Shown here in pieces: positions 1-6,809 of a stretch of 33,411 bases of DNA. Source of the DNA: a virus (lineage: Duplodnaviria > Caudoviricetes); IMG/VR virus record IMGVR_UViG_3300028585_000052, positions 1-33,411 of that record. The stretch is one strand, 5' to 3'. Each line of letters opens with the position of its first letter. The stretch's first letter is position 1. The notes under the pieces are model-generated. The model saw nothing but the letters and a program-made list of their open reading frames with translations, did not search any database and was not told the DNA's origin. Position numbers and translations under genes: made by a program.

Positions 1-65
1 GTGCAGGACTTGCGCATCTTCGCGATTTCAAGGCCCAGCCGGGCCAGTGCTACCTGATTGCTCAT
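1..65 (-). CDS. Hypothetical phage protein, 5' part only (MSNQVALARLGLEIAKMRKSC...), runs off window
   Basis: ATG at 65-63 overlaps the TGA of the upstream gene (TGATG coupling); frame open to window edge. Confidence 0.65.
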   Translation of the reverse strand, partial: MSNQVALARLGLEIAKMRKSC

Positions 66-490
66 CACTCGTTGTCCTCGGCCTGGGCGATCATCGCGTC
101 ACGAGCCAAGGGCCGGAGTAGGGCCTCAGCCAGCTCGCCGAGCTTCCCGTATGCATGCTCGCTGTTGCCCAATAGCTCATCAGCGGCCGTTTTGTCTGCG
201 CGACCGTGCTTCGCAGCGATCAGGAGGTAGCCCAGGGCCGGAGTGTGGATCTGGAAGTCAGCAGCTCGACCATTCACATGCTCATCTACCGCAAGGGCCA
301 GATCATCTACCGTGACGCCTTGGGGGCTGCGATTACGGCAATTGAACGTCACGTCATTCTCGAACCACACCAACTGCTCCACGCCGTTGGCAACCCAAGC
401 CTTTTCGGCTTCCGACAAAGGTCTTTCGGCCGCCACCCGAGGCAACTGCGCGTCGTGCATGGCCTGACAGCGTTTCAGTGCTGCGTTCAT
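65..490 (-). CDS. Hypothetical phage protein (141 aa)
   Basis: GGAGG SD upstream of ATG; co-oriented in leftward operon; translationally coupled to next gene. Confidence 0.8.
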   Translation of the reverse strand: MNAALKRCQAMHDAQLPRVAAERPLSEAEKAWVANGVEQLVWFENDVTFNCRNRSPQGVTVDDLALAVDEHVNGRAADFQIHTPALGYLLIAAKHGRADKTAADELLGNSEHAYGKLGELAEALLRPLARDAMIAQAEDNE

Positions 491-510
491 GGGCGCCTCC
501 AGATCGGCGG

Positions 511-732
511 TCAGTCGGTGGGCGAAGTGATGAAGGGCTGCCAGTGCGTGACGCGATGCTCGAACCGAGAGCCGTCCGGGTAGCGCCAGTCGATCCCGTT
601 CCAGTAGAGGAAGCGCGATCCGTTCGCAAATCGCTGTGCCTGCTTGGCTGGCGTGTAGGCGATGACGTGGTGCTTGCCGCCACCTTTTGGCAGGTCCGGC
701 AATCGATCACTGCATTTGATCCAGCCGCTCAT
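511..732 (-). CDS. DUF551-like phage protein
   Basis: N-terminal WIKCSDRLP and C-terminal VTHWQP motifs typical of DUF551; GGAGG SD. Confidence 0.8.
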   Translation of the reverse strand: MSGWIKCSDRLPDLPKGGGKHHVIAYTPAKQAQRFANGSRFLYWNGIDWRYPDGSRFEHRVTHWQPFITSPTD

Positions 733-753
733 GGCGACCTCCAGTGTTTGGGG

Positions 754-1086
754 TTAGGCGGAGCGGGCGGCGAGCATGGCGTCGGCGATCTTGTAAGCGG
801 CCTTCGCGGTCTCGCTTTCGCCCCCTTCAAGTCCGAACAAGCATGGAGCGCCTGCTGTTGAGATCATTCCCAGCAGGGCCTTGGCGGCGAAGTAGTCGCG
901 AACCGTGATCCCGAAGCAGGTGCCGTGCCCGCCGTATTCGTTTGCGCCGACAGGGAAAGCTGGCTCTTTGGCATCCACGGCTTGGCACTCAAAACAAACG
1001 CCACCGGACTGCTCCGACTCTTCGATCAGGCTGTTGCACTTCAAGCACGACCCGAAGCGTTCCGGATCTGGTGGCTGAAAATTCAT
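754..1086 (-). CDS. Conserved phage protein with CxxC..CxxC N-terminus and G(M/I)T(L/V)RDYFAAKA motif
   Basis: PAFP...GITVRDYFAAKAL...AYKIADAMLAAR is a common phage early-region family; GGAG SD. Confidence 0.8.
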   Translation of the reverse strand: MNFQPPDPERFGSCLKCNSLIEESEQSGGVCFECQAVDAKEPAFPVGANEYGGHGTCFGITVRDYFAAKALLGMISTAGAPCLFGLEGGESETAKAAYKIADAMLAARSA

Positions 1087-1109
1087 GGCTTACTCCATTC
1101 GTTGATTGA

Positions 1110-1189
1110 TCCAACAAAACCCGGATGCACTCATCCGCTCCGCTGGTTGCCGTTGGGCGCGAAGGGGAGTGCATTCGGGATTGGTCGGG
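1110..1189 (-). other. Long imperfect stem-loop in leftward transcript (candidate RNase III-type processing stem)
   Basis: Minus-strand CCCGACCAAUCCCGAAUGCACUC pairs with GAGUGCAUCCGGGUUUUGUUGG over about 22 positions with 3 mismatches. Confidence 0.5.
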
Positions 1190-1195
1190 AAAGTG

Positions 1196-1226
1196 AAAAG
1201 CCCCAACTGGACGGAAAGGGCTTTTC
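1196..1226. terminator. Terminator-like hairpin
   Basis: GAAAAGCCC...GGGCTTTTC inverted repeat with A/T tracts on both sides. Confidence 0.5.
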
Positions 1227-1244
1227 GAACCGATGCAGTCATAG

Positions 1245-1409
1245 TCAGTATTTGGTGCGGGGCAGCACGCGCCAGAACGGGTGCCGACCCCCGGTACATC
1301 GCCAGCGCTCACGGTGAAAGAGCAGTGGATCGGTTGGCAGGCCGTCATCAGGTGGCGGTTCTGGCCGCGCATGGCTGAGCGCTGCGCCGATCAGGAACAG
1401 TAGGAGCAT
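1245..1409 (-). CDS. Small protein (54 aa) with hydrophobic N-terminus and Arg-rich C-terminus; not in ORF track
   Basis: Read manually: GGAGATCACC-ATG; MLLLFLIGAALSHARPEPPPDDGLPTDPLLFHRERWRCTGGRHPFWRVLPRTKY; TGA at 1247-1245. Confidence 0.55.
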   Translation of the reverse strand: MLLLFLIGAALSHARPEPPPDDGLPTDPLLFHRERWRCTGGRHPFWRVLPRTKY

Positions 1410-1470
1410 GGTGATCTCCGATTAGGTGCTGATGCAGATGCCCGGTTGCTGACCGGTTGTGACATTCGTC

Positions 1471-1603
1471 CGCATCGGGGTGTGATCTACGCGAGGTCGT
1501 CACCTCTGGCTTTGCCTGCCGCCGCGCTTTGTCGACGGTGCTCAGTGGCTGGCCTGATTACGAGTCAGGTGCCTTGCTCCGCTGTAGATCACACCCCGAT
1601 GCG
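1471..1603 (-). ncRNA. Candidate structured RNA: perfect 20-bp inverted repeat enclosing 93 nt with a tRNA-like anticodon arm
   Basis: CGCATCGGGGTGTGATCTAC (1471-1490) and its exact reverse complement (1584-1603); inside, CCTGA-CTCGTAA-TCAGG on the minus strand (1569-1553). Confidence 0.55.
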
Positions 1604-1656
1604 CTCTCATAGAGAGGATCGGGCAGTTAACGACAGGCCGTCGTGGCGCTGGTCGG

Positions 1657-2172
1657 TCAGTGAAAGCTGACGGCGCCGTTATCTGCGGCAAGGTCGAAAG
1701 CAACTCGCCATTCCTGGTATTTCTCCCAGAAGTAGCCACCTACTGCCTCAGCCTTTTCCGCGAATTCGGCGTAATCATTGGCAAGCTTCGCGCTCACCAC
1801 CGGGCCGATGGTGCCTTCACAGTCGCTGAAGTTGATCTGCTCAGCGAAAGGCCCCTCTGCGCCAGCCCAACAGGCTCCGCAGTAGCTTTCAACCTGACGC
1901 CCGTACTGCTCGCGCATTTCAGCAGGGTAACCCGCGAGCTTCGCAAGCTCCTCGCGCCAAGCGCTGTAGGTGCCGTAGCCGGTGCTGAGGCCTGAACACT
2001 CGCCGTCGGTGCGGTAAGCCATTCCTTCAATAAGGCCTTCAGTCCGCCCTGGAAAGTCCTCGTTGCTGTAGAACGTGGTGTGGTTTTCATAATCGACTAG
2101 CTCGCCATCGCTATCGCGCTCGGCGTCAGGTGCCTCAACAAGCTTGCTGTAAGCCGTGATATCCAATCCCAT
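1657..2172 (-). CDS. Conserved hypothetical phage protein (171 aa, MGLDI start)
   Basis: Long acidic ORF with GAGG SD; MGLD start and FSDCEG motif recur in phage hypotheticals. Confidence 0.85.
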   Translation of the reverse strand: MGLDITAYSKLVEAPDAERDSDGELVDYENHTTFYSNEDFPGRTEGLIEGMAYRTDGECSGLSTGYGTYSAWREELAKLAGYPAEMREQYGRQVESYCGACWAGAEGPFAEQINFSDCEGTIGPVVSAKLANDYAEFAEKAEAVGGYFWEKYQEWRVAFDLAADNGAVSFH

Positions 2173-2219
2173 CGTCTTGCCCTCGGTTGTTTTCCCAATG
2201 CACCCGTCACCAGGTGCGC

Positions 2220-2657
2220 TTATGCATGCCTGGCGAACTCGCCGTGCAGTTGGGTTCGTAGTTGAATGGCAGCAGATTCCGCATCATCGATTGCGATGAA
2301 GTAGCCGCCCTGGTGAATGCGTCCCGCCGCCCTGATCTGGACATGCCAGCGAGACAGCGCTGAACACCAGCTCACTCCCCCGGTGCACACACGCAGGTTG
2401 CTGATTGAGTTGTTTGCGCGGACCGTATCAACATGGTCGATAGGCCCGGTCGGCCATTCCGAATAGTGGATAAACCAAGCCAGCCGATGGGCAAGGTATT
2501 GAACGCCGTCAATCTTTACGCGGGTGTAGCCGTTGCTTGATGCGCAGCCTGCTGCTGATCCGGCCTCAGAGCCGTTCCTGCGGGCCAATTTCCAAAAAAG
2601 CTGGCCGGTCCCAGGGTCATATCGCAGCAGCTCGTTCACTCTTTCCAGAGTCAGCAT
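2220..2657 (-). CDS. HNH endonuclease / AP2-domain protein, apparently with an internal deletion
   Basis: LRYDPGTGQLFW, AHRLAW, IDH..R.NN.ISNLR (HNH_3-like) and GVSW...W.VQI...GYF...A..A (AP2-like); start set at 2657 after GAGG SD. Confidence 0.85.
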   Translation of the reverse strand: MLTLERVNELLRYDPGTGQLFWKLARRNGSEAGSAAGCASSNGYTRVKIDGVQYLAHRLAWFIHYSEWPTGPIDHVDTVRANNSISNLRVCTGGVSWCSALSRWHVQIRAAGRIHQGGYFIAIDDAESAAIQLRTQLHGEFARHA

Positions 2658-2684
2658 ATTTTTCGCCTCATCCGTTGATTTCCA

Positions 2685-2925
2685 ATGCCGCCTCATCGAA
2701 GCGGCATCAGTAAATCTTTCTCGTTTTTCCGCCCCATGCTCGGCGCCGCGGTTTCCCCACCTGGCCGGCGTCACACATTTCGTGTTCGGTGTTATTCGCC
2801 GGCTGGCTTGCATGGTTTGGCGTCCTCCCATATGGGGAGTCCGGCAGGTTCCAGAGCCTGCATGGGGATCGAAGTTTGTGTTTCGCGCTATGCCCGTTTC
2901 CGGGGATCGATCCGCGAAGATTCCT
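2685..2925 (-). ncRNA. Candidate multi-branched structured leader RNA of the leftward (pL) transcript
   Basis: Nested helices 2882-2887/2913-2918, CCCG-GAAA-CGGG (2893-2904), 2732-2739/2860-2867, 2764-2770/2797-2803, 2825-2829/2835-2839, and hairpin 2685-2707. Confidence 0.55.
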
Positions 2926-2928
2926 GAC

Positions 2929-2940
2929 TGTTAAAGAGCG
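2929..2940 (-). promoter_or_regulatory. boxA antitermination element (nutL-like)
   Basis: Minus strand reads CGCTCTTTAACA, the consensus NusB/NusE boxA, about 45 nt downstream of the pL start region. Confidence 0.85.
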
Positions 2941-2991
2941 GCGGGTCTGTTGAGGCCCTTCGCAGTGGCTGTGTGTCGCTGCGATGGGTGA

Positions 2992-3020
2992 ACGATAAGC
3001 CAATGCCTAATTTCTGTAAA
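2992..3020 (-). promoter_or_regulatory. pL promoter
   Basis: -35 TTTACA (3020-3015), 17-bp spacer, -10 TATCGT (2997-2992); operators overlap and flank it. Confidence 0.7.
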
Positions 3021-3033
3021 TAGGTAATGCCTA
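2997..3033. promoter_or_regulatory. OL operators (two 13-bp sites)
   Basis: AAGCCAATGCCTA (2997-3009) and TAGGTAATGCCTA (3021-3033), 24 bp apart; same quasi-palindrome as at OR. Confidence 0.8.
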
Positions 3034-3116
3034 ATTATTTTCATGATTTTTTCTTTCGGTTGATCTGGTCGGGGAGGGATTGCTTTTCCAAGGCAAGCCG
3101 TTAAGCTTCGCCTAAC

Positions 3117-3132
3117 CTGTATGGATATACAG
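3117..3132. promoter_or_regulatory. LexA (SOS) box
   Basis: CTGTATGGATATACAG = CTGT-N8-ACAG gammaproteobacterial consensus, 18 bp upstream of the 3151 ATG. Confidence 0.85.
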
Positions 3133-3150
3133 CATTGTTGAGGAGGTTTT

Positions 3151-3465
3151 ATGGCGCAGCAAAGCAACAAGAAAGAGTCAGGAATTCGACCGATGCACTC
3201 CATGGAGCGGCTTCAGCTGCGCGTGTCGTCGATGATTAATCACCCGATCGCCCAAGAGCGGCGCGAGGTGCGCATTCATCGGCTTGACACGGACGGGGAG
3301 AGGGAGTGGTCGGAAATACTAGGCGCATTATCCGAAGCTGACGGCATCGCTATGACGCGTCACGATGAAGACGATTCCTTCACGCTGCGCTGGGAGCCCT
3401 CATCAGAAGAGGAACGGATGGTGCCGGTAGAAGAAGAGCTTGCAATGGAAGAGGCGCCTTTCTAA
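3151..3465 (+). CDS. DUF1654-like protein, predicted SOS-inducible
   Basis: ERL.LRVS.MIN.P.AQ....V.I.RLD.D....W..IL resembles the Pseudomonas phage DUF1654 family; AGGAGG SD; own terminator. Confidence 0.8.
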   Translation: MAQQSNKKESGIRPMHSMERLQLRVSSMINHPIAQERREVRIHRLDTDGEREWSEILGALSEADGIAMTRHDEDDSFTLRWEPSSEEERMVPVEEELAMEEAPF

Positions 3466-3472
3466 AAGACAC

Positions 3473-3501
3473 AAAAAAGCCCGCTCATTTGGCGGGCTTT
3501 T
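3473..3501. terminator. Bidirectional intrinsic terminator between DUF1654 gene and cI
   Basis: AAAAAAGCCCGC-tcatttg-GCGGGCTTTT between convergent genes. Confidence 0.85.
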
Positions 3502-3514
3502 GCATGATCGGGCG

Positions 3515-4369
3515 CTATACCAAGTTCGCATTCCAAACCAGCAGAACACGCGCCTGAATGTACGTCTCCTCCAGCCAGATGTCCTCTGCTTTGTGCTTGC
3601 GGTTGTCAGAGATCATCTTGAATTTATCCTTACCCTTCATCTGCAGTCGCTTGATGTACTGAAAGCCCTGGTACGAGAAGAAATAAATTCCATCACCGAT
3701 GAAATCCTTGACGCTGATGTCCACGAGCAGCGGGTCGCCGTGCTTGATCGTAGGCGCCATCGACTGGCCCCAGCCGGTGATCATTTTCAGGTGGAAGTGC
3801 TCTTTGAACTCGACACCCATTGCGCGCAGCTGGGAAGGGCTGACGCGCACATCCTGTAGCAGCTCGGGGTAGTCGTGATTGACCTCGCCGCCCCCCATCG
3901 CTCCACGAATGTCGTAGTGGGCAATCCACACCTCATCGCCGACCTTGCCGGGCCGATAGGCGTCCTGCACCAGGGCTGCGCCTGATTCTTCGAGCGCGTC
4001 GTTCTCGGCGATCGCGAGCAACCTCGTCAACTTGCCTTCGTCGAGCCTTTTGCCGGCCAGCATCGCGCGAAACTTATCGGCAGCAGTCGATCCTGTTTCA
4101 GGCTCTTCGACAACAAGCCCATTTCCCGATCCTTCGCCGAGGCTTTCATACGTGAAGCCTGGCCGCATTCCCCAGTGTGAAGGGCCAACTACGTCTGAGA
4201 AATATGCGATCACGTCCATCAGTTTGGACTTGTCGATCCTGCCGTTTTTCACCCACCCCTGTACCGACGGAGGCTTCACGGAGAAGTCGTCTGCGAGCTG
4301 TTTCTTGGATACGCCTTTGGCGATCCGCGCGGCCTCGATGGCGGCGCCTAATTCTGGGCCGGTAAGCAT
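3515..4369 (-). CDS. cI: CI-like repressor (N-terminal HTH, C-terminal S24 peptidase domain)
   Basis: HTH (KKQLADDFSVKPPSVQGWVKNG), catalytic Ser (GQSMAPTI) and Lys (YIKRL); divergent from cro. Confidence 0.93.
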   Translation of the reverse strand: MLTGPELGAAIEAARIAKGVSKKQLADDFSVKPPSVQGWVKNGRIDKSKLMDVIAYFSDVVGPSHWGMRPGFTYESLGEGSGNGLVVEEPETGSTAADKFRAMLAGKRLDEGKLTRLLAIAENDALEESGAALVQDAYRPGKVGDEVWIAHYDIRGAMGGGEVNHDYPELLQDVRVSPSQLRAMGVEFKEHFHLKMITGWGQSMAPTIKHGDPLLVDISVKDFIGDGIYFFSYQGFQYIKRLQMKGKDKFKMISDNRKHKAEDIWLEETYIQARVLLVWNANLV

Positions 4370-4433
4370 TGCCTAATTTAGCCTTTCGAAGAGTTGGTTA
4401 GGCAATGGCTTGTTTGAGATAAGGTAATGCCTT
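4363..4433. promoter_or_regulatory. OR operators (three 13-bp sites)
   Basis: TAAGCATTGCCTA (4363-4375, covers cI ATG), TAGGCAATGGCTT (4399-4411), AAGGTAATGCCTT (4421-4433). Confidence 0.8.
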
Positions 4434-4438
4434 ATATT
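4410..4438 (+). promoter_or_regulatory. pR promoter
   Basis: -35 TTGTTT (4410-4415), 17-bp spacer, -10 TATATT (4433-4438); an operator lies in the spacer. Confidence 0.75.
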
Positions 4439-4465
4439 CACCGCAACATCTCCAGGAGAGAACTC

Positions 4466-4714
4466 ATGAAACCAGCAGAAGCAGCCAAAGAAGCATCCCG
4501 CTTGCTCGGCAGCCAAGCGGAAATGGCGCGCCGCCTGCGGGTTGCTGCGCCAACAGTTAACCAGTGGTGTTCCGGAGAGCGTGCCGTTCCTGCCAAGCGC
4601 GCGATCGAAATCGAGGCATTGACCGGAGGCGCAGTTGATCGCGCCGACCTCTGCCCATCTTTTCCTTGGGCGCAGATCAAATCTGCGCCCGGCCAAACAC
4701 TTTCAGCTGCATAA
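4466..4714 (+). CDS. cro: Cro-like / YdaS-family HTH regulator
   Basis: GSQAEMARRL.V..PTVNQW..G.R.VP..RA..IE..T.G.V.R.DL.P pattern; AGGAG SD before ATG 4466. Confidence 0.88.
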   Translation: MKPAEAAKEASRLLGSQAEMARRLRVAAPTVNQWCSGERAVPAKRAIEIEALTGGAVDRADLCPSFPWAQIKSAPGQTLSAA

Positions 4715-4743
4715 CCAATTTCAACAGCCAGGAGCATCGAAGC

Positions 4744-4944
4744 ATGTACATGGACCCCAATCAAAAGCGCGCCATCCCGGTGAAGGTTCGATTTGAACCA
4801 GTGCTTGATCGGATTCTGCGTAAAGCCGCGACCAAAACCCGTATGCAGCACGCCACCTACCTCTACGAAATCATCGAGTGGGCAGTGGCCAATGGCGTGA
4901 TCGAGGAACTCATGCAGGACAAACAAGAAGATATCGCGGGCTGA
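4744..4944 (+). CDS. Small putative ribbon-helix-helix DNA-binding protein (cII position)
   Basis: Beta-strand-like PVKVRF followed by two helices; AGGAG SD. Confidence 0.7.
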   Translation: MYMDPNQKRAIPVKVRFEPVLDRILRKAATKTRMQHATYLYEIIEWAVANGVIEELMQDKQEDIAG

Positions 4945-4963
4945 AGCCCCTTTGGAGGGCCAA

Positions 4964-5176
4964 ATGACCGTAGAGCTTGAAAGGCTGCCTCCGCGGACTC
5001 GACAGCGAGTGGAGGAACTGATGCGCGTAAACGGCTGGAGTTTCAGCCGTGCGATCAACGAAATGACGGAAACCGCCATCGCGAGTGGGGCGCTTTCCGA
5101 GGTGGGAAGGAAGAAGGCGCCAGTCCTTCAACTGGTGACCCCAATGAGGGCCTCTGGCAGGGACTCTTCGGGGTAA
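4964..5176 (+). CDS. Small hypothetical protein, possibly DNA-binding
   Basis: GGAGG SD before ATG 4964; co-oriented with pR operon. Confidence 0.65.
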   Translation: MTVELERLPPRTRQRVEELMRVNGWSFSRAINEMTETAIASGALSEVGRKKAPVLQLVTPMRASGRDSSG

Positions 5177-5259
5177 TCCAGAGGGCCTCTGCCAAATTCG
5201 GGACGAAAAAAAGCCGGGGTAGTGACCCGGCTCTCTTAAAACACGATGTGGAGCAAATC

Positions 5260-6021
5260 ATGCACCAATCAATCCAAACGATCAATACCCCGGCCAGTGT
5301 CGCGACACAATTTGGCAACGGTGAAAACGTGTCGCGCATCATTTCAACAATTACCCTCCGCGACATGATCAACGAGGCGCGCCAGCAAGCCGGCGAGCCG
5401 AAGGTTCGCAACGACCATTTCCTTTCCCGGGTTGAAGACGAGCTGGGCGATGATCTGGAGGGGGTGCAAAAATATTACACCCCCCTCCACGGTAACCAGG
5501 TTGCTACCTACGGCCTGACTCTCGACCAATGCATGCTGGTAGGGATGCGCGAATCGAAAGCAGTTCGCCGATCCGTGCTTCAAAAGCTCAAGGAGCTGGA
5601 AGGCCCTCGGGTTCTCGCCACGCTCCCAGACTTCTCCAATCCTGCCGCTGCCGCCCGTGCGTGGGCTGAGCAGTTCGAACTCCAGCAGGCTGCCAATCAG
5701 GCCCTGATTGAGGCCGCGCCGAAGATTGCCTTCGTTGAGCGCTACGTGGAATCAACTGGGCTGAAGGGATTCCGCCAAGTGGCGAAACTCCTCAAGGCCA
5801 ACGAATCGCGATTCCGCGAGTTCCTGCTCGACAAAAAAATTATGTACCGCATGGGAGGCGAGTGGCAGGCGTATCAGCCTCACATCGACGCTGGCCGCTT
5901 TGAAGTCAAAGCCGGCACCAGCGACAGCGGCCACGCCTACAACCAATCCAAATTCACCCCCAAGGGCGTCAACTGGATTGCCGGCCTGTGGGCTCAGCAC
6001 AATCTCAAGGGGGTCGAATGA
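5260..6021 (+). CDS. Phage antirepressor with C-terminal KilAC/ANT domain
   Basis: LPDFSNPAAAARAWAEQFE, AAPKIAFVERYV, FTPKGVNWIA motifs; GGAG SD before ATG 5260. Confidence 0.88.
   Translation: MHQSIQTINTPASVATQFGNGENVSRIISTITLRDMINEARQQAGEPKVRNDHFLSRVEDELGDDLEGVQKYYTPLHGNQVATYGLTLDQCMLVGMRESKAVRRSVLQKLKELEGPRVLATLPDFSNPAAAARAWAEQFELQQAANQALIEAAPKIAFVERYVESTGLKGFRQVAKLLKANESRFREFLLDKKIMYRMGGEWQAYQPHIDAGRFEVKAGTSDSGHAYNQSKFTPKGVNWIAGLWAQHNLKGVE
5297..5336. repeat. Bipartite palindromic site, copy 1 (inside 5' end of antirepressor gene)
   Basis: GTGTCGCGACACAATTTG-N10-AAACGTGTCGCG; inverted copy at 11692-11731. Confidence 0.85.
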
Positions 6022-6809
6022 TGGCCGCGCTTCCGTACATGCAGTTCTACGTCGCCGACTACTTGGCCGACACCACGCATCTGACTGCGGAGGAGCATGG
6101 CGCGTACATGCTCCTGCTTTTCAGCTACTGGCAGACAGGCAAGCCTTTGCGCATCGATCGCCTCGCAACCGTCGCACGAATTCCCAACGAACGTTGGCCG
6201 TCCGTTGCCGATACGTTGAGTGAGTTCTTCCACGTCACGGAAACGCACTGGGTGCAGTTCCGCGTGGAAGCAGATCTCGAGGCGGTCAACAGCAAAGTCG
6301 TCACCGCCTCCAATGCGGGGAAGGCGTCCGCGCGGGCAAAGGCCCTCAAAAAGCAACAAGAACTCAACGACCGTTCAACGAACGTTGACGATCCGTTGCA
6401 ACGGAATGGCAACCATAAAGATACAGATACAGATACAGATACAGATAAGAACAAAAACAACACTCCACCGATGGTGGATGACCTCTTCCCGAAGTTCTGG
6501 AAGATGTACCCGAACAAGAAGGGTAAGTCCGCAGCTGAAAAAGCCTGGAAGAAGCTCAAGGTCACTGCTGACCTGTTTGGCCAGATTGCTGAAGGTCTTG
6601 CCGCCCAAGTCGTTTGCGAGGCATGGGTCAAGGACGGCGGGCAATTCATTCCCCACCCAGCGACGTGGCTGAACGGCAAGCGCTGGGAGGACGAGGTGAA
6701 AGTCGCCAGCAACGTGCACCCGTTCCCGCAATCCCGCCACACCGGTTTCGCTGAACGCGATTACACCTCCGGCCTGAGAATGCGGGAGGACGGCAGCTAT
6801 GCGCTCTGA
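6018..6809 (+). CDS. Replication initiator (YdaU/DUF1376-type N-terminus; lambda O analogue)
   Basis: LPYMQFYVADYLADTTHLTAEEHGAYMLLL; C-terminal FWKMYP.K.GK..A.KAW and PATWLNGKRWEDE; internal repeats; ATGA overlap with ant. Confidence 0.9.
   Translation: MMAALPYMQFYVADYLADTTHLTAEEHGAYMLLLFSYWQTGKPLRIDRLATVARIPNERWPSVADTLSEFFHVTETHWVQFRVEADLEAVNSKVVTASNAGKASARAKALKKQQELNDRSTNVDDPLQRNGNHKDTDTDTDTDKNKNNTPPMVDDLFPKFWKMYPNKKGKSAAEKAWKKLKVTADLFGQIAEGLAAQVVCEAWVKDGGQFIPHPATWLNGKRWEDEVKVASNVHPFPQSRHTGFAERDYTSGLRMREDGSYAL
6365..6460. repeat. Putative replication origin: 11-bp iteron-like repeats, (GATACA)4 tract and A-rich segment
   Basis: CAACGACCGTT, CAACGAACGTT, GACGATCCGTT in tandem (6365-6397); GATACA x4 (6420-6443); A-rich 6445-6460; inside the initiator gene as in lambda. 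Confidence 0.65.

Noticed and set aside
1480-1600. Complete functional tRNA-Thr(CGT) gene
   Set aside because: No GGTTCGA T-loop, oversized variable region and no CCA; kept only as a tRNA-like element.
2680-2715. Hammerhead ribozyme or box C/D (TIGR-like) array, suggested by CTGATG...GAAA
   Set aside because: The core is CTGATGC, not CTGANGA; it forms a simple hairpin and is not tandemly repeated.
5208-5241. nutR (boxA/boxB)
   Set aside because: The hairpin CCGGG-N7-CCCGG is real, but GCTCTCTTAAA is an imperfect boxA lying after, not before, the hairpin; may be a terminator.
6420-6447. (GATACA)n as a phase-variation microsatellite
   Set aside because: The 6-bp unit preserves frame (Asp-Thr repeats) and sits in the initiator linker/origin region, where such tracts are common.
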